A stretch of 52,935 nt of DNA from a virus (Duplodnaviria > Caudoviricetes), in IMG/VR virus record IMGVR_UViG_3300042868_013143, positions 1 to 52,935 of that record. The stretch is one strand, 5' to 3'. The notes under the pieces are model-generated. The model did no database searches. It saw nothing but the letters and a program-made list of their open reading frames with translations, and had not been told where the DNA came from. The translations under genes were made by a program, and so were the position numbers. Below, piece after piece: positions 20,956-29,381 of this stretch (within the stretch, counting starts at the first letter, position 1; every line of letters starts with the position of its first letter).

Positions 20956-21747
20956 ATGAAATTAAGCGAGATTGACAAACAAGATATAGTAAAATTATCT
21001 GAAATTCATAAACAAAGTGAGATAGCTATAATGTATAGCATATCCCAAACGACAGTGTTTAAAATTTTGAAAGATAATAACATAAAGAGAAAAAGAAATA
21101 GATTAAATCTAAGCAGGTTAGCAATTGATTTTAATTATTTTGATAATATAGATTGTGGAACTAAAGCTTATTGGCTTGGATTTATATCTGCGGATGGTTG
21201 TTTAAAAGGCGGAAAGTTGAGAGTGACTTCTAAAGATTTAGATATTTTAGAAAAGCTAAAATCAGACTTAAAATCAGATCATGCAATTACTATAAACAAA
21301 TCTATACACAAAAAGACAAAAAAAGAATATGTGTCATATATTTTACAAATTACAAATAGTGCATTTACTAATAAGTTAACTAAGTTTATTCCACAAGATA
21401 AAAGTAATAATTTTAATATTCCAGCAATAAAGAAGGAGTTATATCCTTATTTTATTGCTGGAATGGTAGACGGGGATGGTTCTTTTAGTGTAAACTCAAA
21501 AGGGCAAATAAAAGCTTCAATCATATCTACAAAAGAGTGTTTGCAGCAAATTCAAGATTATTTGTTTGTAAATTTAAGTATAAAAAAAACTACATTACAA
21601 AATATCACAAAAAATGGTAATGTTTGGAAGCTTTTTGTCTATTCTAGCTCTAAAGAATTTTTAGAATTTATTTATTCCGATTCAAATAAAAACATTTATC
21701 TTAAAAGAAAACAAGAAAAGCTTAAAAATATGTTTATTAATACTTAA
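20956..21747 (+). CDS. Free-standing two-motif LAGLIDADG homing endonuclease with N-terminal HTH
   Basis: KAYWLGFISADG and YFIAGMVDGDGSF; C-terminal LKRK. Confidence 0.85.
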   Translation: MKLSEIDKQDIVKLSEIHKQSEIAIMYSISQTTVFKILKDNNIKRKRNRLNLSRLAIDFNYFDNIDCGTKAYWLGFISADGCLKGGKLRVTSKDLDILEKLKSDLKSDHAITINKSIHKKTKKEYVSYILQITNSAFTNKLTKFIPQDKSNNFNIPAIKKELYPYFIAGMVDGDGSFSVNSKGQIKASIISTKECLQQIQDYLFVNLSIKKTTLQNITKNGNVWKLFVYSSSKEFLEFIYSDSNKNIYLKRKQEKLKNMFINT

Positions 21748-21860
21748 TCGGAAGTGAAGAATACTCAATCCTTGCAAGTACTGTAGACTTCTTTGATAGT
21801 ATATAAATTTGGAATTATATTTTGTTTTTCCTATATTTAAAATAATTAATACAAACAACT

Positions 21861-22190
21861 GTGAAAACAATAGACGTTCTAAGTAAGTCCCTTGACAAGG
21901 CAAAACAAAAAGGCTACAAATCTTCCTTTGATTTTACATATGAAAAAGGTAGGATAATTGATGGTAAAACTTACTATGCAATTATATTCGATAAAGATTT
22001 TTGCAAGGCTATTTGGAGTGATGAAAAAACGTTTTTATCTTTCTCAGGATTACATCAACACTTAGGTGAAAATGTGGTTCTTTGGAAGTGGCATTTAAGA
22101 AATATGGTTGTTTCTGATAATCCAATAAAGTATTTAGAAGATAATCTAGAGTTGGATAGTTGGGAAAAAATAGAAAATGAAATTTATTAA
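21861..22190 (+). CDS. Hypothetical phage protein
   Basis: IIFDKDFCKAIW...WKWHLRNMV..PIKYL ORF. Confidence 0.7.
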   Translation: MKTIDVLSKSLDKAKQKGYKSSFDFTYEKGRIIDGKTYYAIIFDKDFCKAIWSDEKTFLSFSGLHQHLGENVVLWKWHLRNMVVSDNPIKYLEDNLELDSWEKIENEIY

Positions 22191-22215
22191 TTTATTTATA
22201 TAAAATGATAACAGG

Positions 22216-22497
22216 GTGGATGCTGTAAATTTTACATATTGGCTACAAGGTTTCTTTGAAGTATCAGACGCAAAGAAGTTAGATGAAAAGCAAGTTCAAG
22301 TTATTAAGGACCATCTAAATTTGGTTTTTAATAAAGTGACTCCTAATAGGGAATCATTCCCAAAAGGATCGACATTACAAGGGGATTCAAATGTTAATTT
22401 GTTTGTTGATAATCCTAGTATGTTTAATGGTGATAAAAAGTATTGTTCAACAACAACTTTTGACCTAAAAGATGTATCAACTAAAGTAATCTGCTAA
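22216..22497 (+). CDS. Hypothetical phage protein
   Basis: FTYWLQGFFE...IKDHL pattern typical of phage small proteins. Confidence 0.7.
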   Translation: MDAVNFTYWLQGFFEVSDAKKLDEKQVQVIKDHLNLVFNKVTPNRESFPKGSTLQGDSNVNLFVDNPSMFNGDKKYCSTTTFDLKDVSTKVIC

Positions 22498-22507
22498 CGC
22501 TATAGTT

Positions 22508-22768
22508 ATGAGAATAAGAGGTAAACTTTATATTGAAAAGCTAGATGTAGAAATGTATAAAGGTATTGCCGACCTAGCTCAAAGCAAAATGAAAAAAATT
22601 GACGAGGAATTAATTCCGAGTTTTATAATAGAAGAGGCAATAAGTTATTATAATGATTTAGAAAAGTATGAACTTTGTCAAAAAATAAAAGGTTTCTTTT
22701 CTATAAATCCTAGTTATACAATAAAAATAACTAGAGCTGAATGGTTCGGTTTGGTTTGTTGCAAATAA
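22508..22768 (+). CDS. Hypothetical protein with a UVR-like motif
   Basis: EEAISYY..EKYELCQKIK. Confidence 0.6.
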   Translation: MRIRGKLYIEKLDVEMYKGIADLAQSKMKKIDEELIPSFIIEEAISYYNDLEKYELCQKIKGFFSINPSYTIKITRAEWFGLVCCK

Positions 22769-22780
22769 AAAAGCAAGAAT

Positions 22781-23038
22781 ATGAAATGTCCAGTTTGTGA
22801 AAAAGAAGAATTAAAAAGCTGTGTATATCCTGGAATGAGTACAAGTACTTTAATGTACTGTTCTCCTTATTATGATGAGGAAGGAAAATATCATTCTCAC
22901 GATTCTAATACACATACAACTCATTATAGTTGCTCCAATGGTCACAATTGGAGTGAGTCATCTACAGGAAAATGTCCATCTTGTGATTTCGGAAAAGATT
23001 CAAAAAAAGTTTGGATTAAAGATGAAAAAACTGAATAA
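22781..23038 (+). CDS. Small zinc-finger protein
   Basis: CPVC, CSNGH, CPSC. Confidence 0.7.
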   Translation: MKCPVCEKEELKSCVYPGMSTSTLMYCSPYYDEEGKYHSHDSNTHTTHYSCSNGHNWSESSTGKCPSCDFGKDSKKVWIKDEKTE

Positions 23039-23062
23039 TTTTTAAAAATATTTTGTTTTTTG

Positions 23063-23090
23063 TGTAACTTTTTTTATATTTGTACGTATA
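23063..23090 (+). promoter_or_regulatory. TGTAAC-N16-CGTA (ECF-like) promoter of tRNA operon 1
   Basis: One of 7 copies with invariant 16-nt spacer. Confidence 0.75.
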
Positions 23091-23121
23091 AAAGAAAAAA
23101 ATACATATTTATAAAGGTAAA

Positions 23122-23205
23122 ATGAAAACAACAGTAACAAATAGGAGATCTAGTTGGTCGAGTTCGAGAAGAGCCGAATCAGGGATTCTATTGTCTGCGC
23201 TGTAA
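23122..23205 (+). CDS. Attenuator leader peptide 1 (MKTTVTNRRSSWSSSRRAESGILLSAL)
   Basis: Ten consecutive Arg/Ser/Trp codons matching the downstream tRNAs; contains antiterminator strand GAATCAGGG. Confidence 0.8.
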   Translation: MKTTVTNRRSSWSSSRRAESGILLSAL

Positions 23206-23235
23206 AGATATAGTGCTTGAGCACAAGCTAATTTG

Positions 23236-23274
23236 AAACCCTGATTCTAAAAAAGAGTCAGGGTTTTTTATTTT
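23236..23274 (+). terminator. Attenuator terminator 1
   Basis: AAACCCTGATTCT-AAAAA-AGAGTCAGGGTTT plus T run; 5' arm is also complementary to 23176-23184. Confidence 0.85.
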
Positions 23275-23287
23275 AAATTAATTTATC

Positions 23288-23719
23288 ATGAGAGAAGAAG
23301 TTTATAATAAGTTGGTGCTAAAGCTAGGCGAGGAAAAAGCTGACGAAGTGCGTAAGGCTATGGATGAGGCAAATAAGCAACGAAAGAATGTTGAAAAGTG
23401 GAACAGAGAAAGAGATAAGAAATTTTTGGAAGTTGGAATTAAGAAAGAGGATTTAGAAGATTGTGCATATTATCATGGGGTTAGATTTAGAGGACATGGA
23501 ATAGCGCAGTGGGACAAGAAGCTTGATAGGTTTATAATAATAGCATATGAGTGGGGAGTTCCTGTTATTGAAAAGCTAGAACATTTTGTTGATGTTGTTG
23601 AAAAAAGATATGATGGATTTGTGCCGATAGAAGAGTTAGATAAAAATAAGTATTATGATATCAGGAAAATGGATCCTAAGAAAATTGAAGAAGAGGTAAA
23701 AAATAGAAAATTGGAATAA
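23288..23719 (+). CDS. Hypothetical phage protein (first gene after attenuator 1)
   Basis: 143-aa ORF. Confidence 0.75.
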   Translation: MREEVYNKLVLKLGEEKADEVRKAMDEANKQRKNVEKWNRERDKKFLEVGIKKEDLEDCAYYHGVRFRGHGIAQWDKKLDRFIIIAYEWGVPVIEKLEHFVDVVEKRYDGFVPIEELDKNKYYDIRKMDPKKIEEEVKNRKLE

Positions 23720-23727
23720 ATAAATAA

Positions 23728-23814
23728 GGAGGAATAAGAGCAGTTGGTCTAAGCTTGGCGGTCTTGAAAACCGTAGGCCCTAGTGGTGTGTGAGTTCGAG
23801 TCTCACTTCCTCCG
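23728..23814 (+). tRNA. tRNA-Ser(UGA)
   Basis: GGAGGAA/TTCCTCC acceptor, GCGGT-CTTGAAA-ACCGT, long variable arm, TTCGAGT loop, G73. Confidence 0.92.
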
Positions 23815-23830
23815 CTGAAAAAAAATTGAT

Positions 23831-24010
23831 ATGCAAGAGAGAATGATGTACTTAGGTAAGGAAAAAAACAAAAAAGTATATGAAAATTTTGATGCTAATT
23901 TTGATAAGTACAAAAAAAGGGCAATTGATAAAGGGTATAAAAATCCTAAGTTAAAAATTCTCAAAGAGAAATCAATAGTGAAATTCTATGTTGTTGTAGA
24001 GATAGAATAG
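23831..24010 (+). CDS. Small basic hypothetical protein (59 aa) inside the tRNA cluster
   Basis: Open frame ATG..TAG filling the spacer between two tRNAs. Confidence 0.6.
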   Translation: MQERMMYLGKEKNKKVYENFDANFDKYKKRAIDKGYKNPKLKILKEKSIVKFYVVVEIE

Positions 24011-24026
24011 AATTTTAAAATAACAT

Positions 24027-24097
24027 ACAGATGACAGGCTTGGTGTCGGTGGGAACTCCAAATTCTTCACGAGTCGCTTCGATTGCGGCCATCTGTG
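24027..24097 (+). tRNA. tRNA-Trp(CCA), atypical D arm
   Basis: ACAGATG/CATCTGT acceptor, GGGAA-CTCCAAA-TTCTT, GTCGC-TTCGATT-GCGGC, G73. Confidence 0.75.
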
Positions 24098-24106
24098 CTA
24101 TAATAA

Positions 24107-24192
24107 GGAAGATAAAGCGACAAGGTTGTCGTCCTCGCCTGCTAAGCGTAGGGTTCTGAAAGATGAATGGGAATCGTTTTCTCTGTCTTCCG
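24107..24192 (+). tRNA. tRNA-Ser(GCU), atypical T loop and anticodon stem
   Basis: GGAAGAT/GTCTTCC, CGC-CTGCTAA-GCG, long variable arm, G73. Confidence 0.75.
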
Positions 24193-24207
24193 CAAAAAAT
24201 AAATTAT

Positions 24208-24282
24208 GGCTCCGTAGCTCAATTGGAATAGAGCATTGGGATTCTACCCCAACGGTTATAGGTTCGAATCCTATCGGAGTTA
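24208..24282 (+). tRNA. tRNA-Arg(UCU)
   Basis: Canonical cloverleaf; TTGGG-ATTCTAC-CCCAA. Confidence 0.92.
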
Positions 24283-24299
24283 CAAGGGTGAAATAATAT

Positions 24300-24374
24300 G
24301 CCCCCATAGCTCAACTGCATTAGAGCACCGTTTTTCTACAGCGTCGGTTACAGGTTGGAATCCTGTTGGGGGTA
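24300..24374 (+). tRNA. tRNA-Arg(UCU), second copy with C19-G56
   Basis: GCCCCCA/TGGGGGT, loop TTTCTAC, T arm ACAGG-TTGGAAT-CCTGT. Confidence 0.82.
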
Positions 24375-24395
24375 CAAAAAAAATTTTTGTATTTG

Positions 24396-24423
24396 TGTAA
24401 CATTTATTATTTTTGTTCGTATA
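24396..24423 (+). promoter_or_regulatory. TGTAAC-N16-CGTA promoter upstream of the structured ncRNA region
   Basis: TGTAAC 24396-24401, CGTATA 24418-24423. Confidence 0.75.
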
Positions 24424-24433
24424 GATAAACAAA

Positions 24434-24883
24434 TGGCGAATTCTTTGGAGAATGATGTGCAGTCATGAGCCGTCATGCAAGGGACACCAAATCATAATAT
24501 GGTGTTAATGGATCGAAGCCCCGATTCGCCACTTTAATGTTCTTTGAAAAATTGAAAGTGAATGTGCAACGAAAGTTCTTGTAGGCATACAAGAGTGAGG
24601 TGGGTTCGAATCTCGTTTAATAATCCCAATGACATGGTGGGAGCCAAGTAGTTGAGAACACATTATATCCATTTTAGGGGAGGCGCTGATAAATTCCCCA
24701 TAATAGTGCTGAGTAAACAGGATCAGCACCACTTTCAATTGCATTAAAACCACTCAAGCGTAAAAAGGTCGTAAGTTGGGGAAAGGCACGGAGCAGATAC
24801 CAGAAATGACTCGTCAGAGGATATGGAATACGTTGACAGAAGATCCCAATGTTTTGACCCCGTGCAAGCCTCTGAGTGGTTTT
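24434..24883 (+). ncRNA. Unidentified structured ncRNA region (three closed domains)
   Basis: Closing helices 24434/24531, 24550/24740, 24746/24883; internal hairpins; GC-richer than flanks; no credible ORF. Confidence 0.65.
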
Positions 24884-24889
24884 TTATTT

Positions 24890-24996
24890 AGTCAGGTGGC
24901 GGAGTGGCTTAACGCTGAGCATACATAGAGTCTGGGAATGTGGTATGTATGATACCTATACACGGGGACTCGCAGGTTCGAATCCTGTCCTGGTTA
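24890..24996 (+). ncRNA. tRNA-like RNA with intact acceptor, D and T arms but no canonical anticodon arm
   Basis: AGTCAGG/CCTGGTT, GCG-GAGTGGCTTAA-CGC, GCAGG-TTCGAAT-CCTGT; ~55-nt insert in the middle. Confidence 0.7.
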
Positions 24997-25031
24997 CTAT
25001 ATTTTTTGTAAAAAAATTTATATTTATTATT

Positions 25032-25067
25032 ATGAAAACAAATAAAATATCTCTTCAGTTCTGGTAG
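25032..25067 (+). CDS. Possible third leader peptide (MKTNKISLQFW)
   Basis: MKT start 3 nt after TATTTATT; FW-stop lies in a hairpin ending 5 nt before the next ATG. Confidence 0.4.
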   Translation: MKTNKISLQFW

Positions 25068-25084
25068 TTTAAACCAGAATACAT

Positions 25085-25783
25085 ATGAATAGAAAAAATC
25101 CCCACTTTAAAGAGTGGTTAAAAGTTTGGGAGGAAGTCCAAACTTTAATTGATTACAAACGTAATCGTAATTGGATTCCATTGGAAAAGCCTTACAGAAA
25201 AGGCTATTGGATGTCTTTTGACCTTCGTGAAGATATTAAAAATCGTGAAGATGCTTGGGTGTTTTATACATGCATTGAATTGTTTGGTACACATACTTGG
25301 TGTAAAGACAAAACAATGACATATAAATCTAGAAAGAAAAAGCCAGAGCCAATTGCCCTTGAGAAGAAGTTAATATCAGAAGAGAAATATGAAAACTTGC
25401 CAAGCGCAGTTCAAAAATATTTTTCAGAATCATCTAGCTACAATAAAGGCTGGAATCCATATAGAAAAACTTATTATTGTAATGTTCCAGATTATTTCTT
25501 TGTATACAAGTTAGAACCTAGATGGATAACACACTATCAGGAAGTAGATTCTGTTATTGAGCAAGAAATAAGTGAGAAGCGTGATTATGTTGATAAGAGC
25601 CCAAAATTTCAAAATGTAGGAAAGTGGAGTTATAATGCTCCAAAGTCATTCTGCAAATTTTTAAACAGAAGCGATAGAAGACTTAACAAACAAGTTCTTC
25701 AAAAAAACTTGATGTCAGAAGATTGGGATAAGTATGAATATAAATATAATCACAGACATTACGCAAAATGGTTGTATTGGTAA
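25085..25783 (+). CDS. Basic, aromatic-rich hypothetical protein
   Basis: 232-aa ORF, IPLEKPYRKGYW..FDLREDI. Confidence 0.8.
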   Translation: MNRKNPHFKEWLKVWEEVQTLIDYKRNRNWIPLEKPYRKGYWMSFDLREDIKNREDAWVFYTCIELFGTHTWCKDKTMTYKSRKKKPEPIALEKKLISEEKYENLPSAVQKYFSESSSYNKGWNPYRKTYYCNVPDYFFVYKLEPRWITHYQEVDSVIEQEISEKRDYVDKSPKFQNVGKWSYNAPKSFCKFLNRSDRRLNKQVLQKNLMSEDWDKYEYKYNHRHYAKWLYW

Positions 25784-25813
25784 AAATTAAAAAATATTTA
25801 TTGAAAAAACCAA

Positions 25814-26818
25814 ATGATTTGTCAGCTTTATACATACAATGAAAATGGTCACTCTCTTGATCAGAATACAGCAGAACATTTTGCAAAAAGGTTTTCGCTA
25901 GACACTTTAAAAAAGGGTAAAGTACATTGGTTGAATTATCACTCTGTGGAATTCAAGGATGAACTATCCAAGATGTTTGATAATTTGGAAATTAGCCCTT
26001 TTATCTTAGAGGATATTTACAAGCTAGAAAAAAGACCAAAGGTTGAAGAATATGCAAATTGTATATTTTTTAAAGTTCAATCACTTCTTCCTGAAAAAGA
26101 TGAAAATCATTTAAACAAAGAAAGTGTGTCATTCATATTGGGTGATAATTTTTTAATTACCACCCAAGAACAGAAATCAGGACACTTTGATGCAGTAAGA
26201 GATAGAATAGAGAACAAGAAAGGTAAATTATGTTTTAAGGGTGCTGATTATTTGCTGTTTAGGTTGTTAGATGCCATTATTGATAATTACTTTGAAGTCA
26301 TAGAGTCAAACATTAAAAAAATCCAACAAATAGAAAAATCACTTTCAAAATCAGATAGCTCTGTATTAAAAGAAATTGAAATAGAAAAGAGAAAAATAAT
26401 GGAACTAAAGAAAATTGTTTTTCTAACTAAAGATGTTATTTCTCACATAGAAAGATTGGATAGTAATCTTATTAAAGAAGAAAACTTCTATTATTTTTCA
26501 GAACTAAAAGATGAATGCTTAACAATTTTAGATGAAATAGATACAGCCTCTCAAATGCTCGATGGTTTATCTAATTTATTCTACGCTATTCAAGGTCAGA
26601 GAATGAACGAGATAATGAAAATGCTTACGTTGGTTAGTACGATATTTATACCTATAACTTTTATAGCTGGAATATACGGAATGAACTTTAAGTATATGCC
26701 CGAATTAGAACAGCCATATGCTTATTATACAATATGGGGCATCATCATTATAACTGTCTTTTCTTTCTTGACTTTCTTTAAGAAAAAGGGGTGGTTAAAA
26801 AGTGGAAAAGATAAGTAG
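25814..26818 (+). CDS. corA: CorA Mg2+/Co2+ transporter
   Basis: RPKVEEY, MNEIMKMLT, IPITFIAGIYGMNF..MPEL signature, two C-terminal TMs. Confidence 0.95.
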   Translation: MICQLYTYNENGHSLDQNTAEHFAKRFSLDTLKKGKVHWLNYHSVEFKDELSKMFDNLEISPFILEDIYKLEKRPKVEEYANCIFFKVQSLLPEKDENHLNKESVSFILGDNFLITTQEQKSGHFDAVRDRIENKKGKLCFKGADYLLFRLLDAIIDNYFEVIESNIKKIQQIEKSLSKSDSSVLKEIEIEKRKIMELKKIVFLTKDVISHIERLDSNLIKEENFYYFSELKDECLTILDEIDTASQMLDGLSNLFYAIQGQRMNEIMKMLTLVSTIFIPITFIAGIYGMNFKYMPELEQPYAYYTIWGIIIITVFSFLTFFKKKGWLKSGKDK

Positions 26819-26859
26819 TTTTTTGGTTTTTAAGACTATTTATTGAAAAACATTTTTTT

Positions 26860-28218
26860 ATGAATCTAAGAAAACATATCCAAAAAGAAATTAGTAGAAT
26901 ATTGTCTGAAAGCGATTATTTGCCTTTGGGTGCTGAATATATAGAAGATGCGCCATATAATCAGGAAGATCCATCTATTAGACAAGGTAAAAATCCAAAA
27001 GAAAGCAAATATTCACCTGTTTGGCATGGCTATAATGCTGGGTTTTGTATTTTAAAAGATTCAAATGGTAAATTATATTCCTTTTCTTATGATGGAATAG
27101 ATAAGGGTGATTTTGAGCCATATGCCAAAAGAGAGGTTGTTGGTTATGATGAAGATGGTTGGCCTGAATATGCTGAACTTGAATTGGATGGTGACACACT
27201 TGCTGCATATGTAAACGATAATATTGATTCATTAACCACTGGAGTGGGAAGAAAAGATGAATTGGATGGAACAGATATTGTTTTGATTGACAAAGAATGG
27301 AAAGATGGTTGGTTAGAGTACGCTCATAAAAAAGGTATGGGAGATAAAAATCAGGAGTTTATTGAAATTCTTTCTAACTATAATCCAACAGAATCTTTAG
27401 AAGAGTCTGCTCCATACGAGGCTAAAATGCCAAATGAAGAATTCGAAAAAGTTGTTTTTGAATATGAATTTCCTTCTAATGAAAATAGATTGCAATTAAT
27501 TAACATAATCAAAGATTATTTTGGTGAACCACTAGGTAAAGGTAGGGAAGATCAATATTGGTCAACATATATTCCTAAATTGGAGTTGGAAGATTTTATG
27601 TTTGAGGCTCAAGATTTTAATCCATATCCTACAGGAGATGTAATTATGGCAAATAGATTTAAGCCTCTAACAAAAGGTTTAAAAGATGGCGAGATTATAA
27701 AGTTTTTTGATTATACTGTTAGTGAGAATGACCCGCCAAGAGCAGAGGGTTATTTGAAACCAGGGTTCATCCAAAGAAATAGATCTTTAATGAAGTGGGA
27801 TGGAGATGCAAAAGAAGCTTGGATTGACAATTCTATGATTGATAAGTATTATTTCTACCACGGAAATGTTTCCGACATTAAAAATCATCCAGGTAGTAGA
27901 AAGCTTGATTCGGATTATGCAAAAATATTCTTCGACGATTCAATTCTTGATAATATGAATGCAGAACAAGAAGACGAGCTAAGAAACATCATAACTAGCC
28001 ACAAAGGTCAACTGAGATATGTATTTGGTAAAGAAAGAGCTTCTGGCGGTCAAAGATATACATTAGTTCCTCAAGATTTGGCGGATGATTTCATTCAAGC
28101 AGCGTATGATTTTGGCGCTCAATACGCCGAAACAGAAAGGAATATATATTTGGAAGATAAAGCCTTAAATGAAATAAGAAAAATTGTTAGAGGGGTAATC
28201 AATAATGTCATTAAGTAA
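26860..28218 (+). CDS. LRK-tagged acidic protein (putative head-associated)
   Basis: MNLRKHIQKEISRILSE and C-terminal LNEIRKIVRGVI; TATTTATT at 26837. Confidence 0.75.
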   Translation: MNLRKHIQKEISRILSESDYLPLGAEYIEDAPYNQEDPSIRQGKNPKESKYSPVWHGYNAGFCILKDSNGKLYSFSYDGIDKGDFEPYAKREVVGYDEDGWPEYAELELDGDTLAAYVNDNIDSLTTGVGRKDELDGTDIVLIDKEWKDGWLEYAHKKGMGDKNQEFIEILSNYNPTESLEESAPYEAKMPNEEFEKVVFEYEFPSNENRLQLINIIKDYFGEPLGKGREDQYWSTYIPKLELEDFMFEAQDFNPYPTGDVIMANRFKPLTKGLKDGEIIKFFDYTVSENDPPRAEGYLKPGFIQRNRSLMKWDGDAKEAWIDNSMIDKYYFYHGNVSDIKNHPGSRKLDSDYAKIFFDDSILDNMNAEQEDELRNIITSHKGQLRYVFGKERASGGQRYTLVPQDLADDFIQAAYDFGAQYAETERNIYLEDKALNEIRKIVRGVINNVIK

Positions 28219-28220
28219 TT

Positions 28221-29381
28221 TTGAGTTTAAGAAAAATAATAAGAGAAAGTTTGGAGGCGCTCTTAAATGAGGGCGCACCAAAAAATCTTATGCCCTTAAA
28301 TGAAAAAAAGAAAAAGAAAAGAAAGACTAAACAGCCATTAATGGCAACGCCAACAGGCTCTATTTTTTTTATGGATGCAGCTGTGAGTGAAATTTCAGAA
28401 AGCAAAAAAACTAAAAAAAAAGTTTTAACTGAATCCCTAGCAAACAGAAAAGTTCCAAAAACTTTTGACCACTTAAAGTGGGGTTTAAATCAACAACAAA
28501 AACATTTCCTGCAAGATTTTATAGATACTCACCCAGATACAATGAAAGAGTCTGATTACGAGTATGCTTCAAAAATGACAGGTATACCAGCAAAAAGTAT
28601 AAAGTCTATACAGAATACTTATGGTTCTTGGAATGGAAAGAGTGATGAGCTGGATCCTCAAGATATTAATTCATACGGCAAATTTGCTTTTGGAAAAGGA
28701 GATGTATTTAATGCCAAGGATTATGATTTCCCTCAAAAATATAGAAATGATGTTGTAAATTTTAAGACAATATCAAAAGATGAGGCGGACAATTTAAGAT
28801 ATCCAAAAAAGTCTTTAAGACAAAAGAAATATGAATCAGATTTAGCTGGCTCTATAGGCGGTTCAGTTCGAAAGTCAGATGTGAAAAGACCAGAAGATAA
28901 CTACGATGAGTGGTTAAAGTATTATATTGTTGGTGAGGCAAAACCTAAAGATTGTAGATTAAATAAAGAAAAGAATCAGATAGAGGTAGATTTTGAACCA
29001 TCAGATGATTATTATGATTTCCACAAGTCTATGTTGAATTCAAATAAGAAAAGCAAATTTTGGATTTCAGTCGAAAGTTTAATCAATCAATTCAATGATG
29101 CTTTTGGGACTTATTATATGATAGATGATCAATATGATTTGACACAGGCAAAAAGTAATTGTATAAGATTGGTTGTAAAAGAAATTGCCACTTCAGATAA
29201 GATGCTTTGGGATTCTGATTCGAAAACATATATTCCTTGGGAATACGCTCCTGAAGATTTGAGAAAACAACACTTGGCTCATAAGTCTTGGAATTTGGCA
29301 AAGCCAACTCCAAGCGTAGACTTTAATGAGCTTTTAGATAAGTATTTAAACTTCCACCACTCAATGTTTCAGGGTTTATGA
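28221..29381 (+). CDS. LRKIIRE-tagged protein (putative head-associated)
   Basis: SLRKIIRESLEALLNE; several LxE sites; TTG start. Confidence 0.75.
   Translation: MSLRKIIRESLEALLNEGAPKNLMPLNEKKKKKRKTKQPLMATPTGSIFFMDAAVSEISESKKTKKKVLTESLANRKVPKTFDHLKWGLNQQQKHFLQDFIDTHPDTMKESDYEYASKMTGIPAKSIKSIQNTYGSWNGKSDELDPQDINSYGKFAFGKGDVFNAKDYDFPQKYRNDVVNFKTISKDEADNLRYPKKSLRQKKYESDLAGSIGGSVRKSDVKRPEDNYDEWLKYYIVGEAKPKDCRLNKEKNQIEVDFEPSDDYYDFHKSMLNSNKKSKFWISVESLINQFNDAFGTYYMIDDQYDLTQAKSNCIRLVVKEIATSDKMLWDSDSKTYIPWEYAPEDLRKQHLAHKSWNLAKPTPSVDFNELLDKYLNFHHSMFQGL

Noticed and set aside
20956-21747. LAGLIDADG ORF as part of a group I intron or intein
   Set aside because: Flanking genes look complete; no intron core or intein termini were seen, and it has its own start and promoter-like motif.
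24300-24374. Amber suppressor tRNA (CTA appears in the loop)
   Set aside because: Stem pairing places TCT at positions 34-36; ORFs end normally at TAG, so there is no sign of recoding.
24746-24883. Domain C as RNase P RNA (GGGGAAAGGC and GACAGAA resemble conserved regions)
   Set aside because: Only ~140 nt; lacks GAGGAAAGUCC and the matching GGCUUA P4 partner.
24098-25067. Track ORFs 24098-24307, 24505-24753 and 24876-25067
   Set aside because: They overlap tRNAs or structured RNA and are by-products of higher GC; only the last 11 codons of the third are kept as a possible leader.
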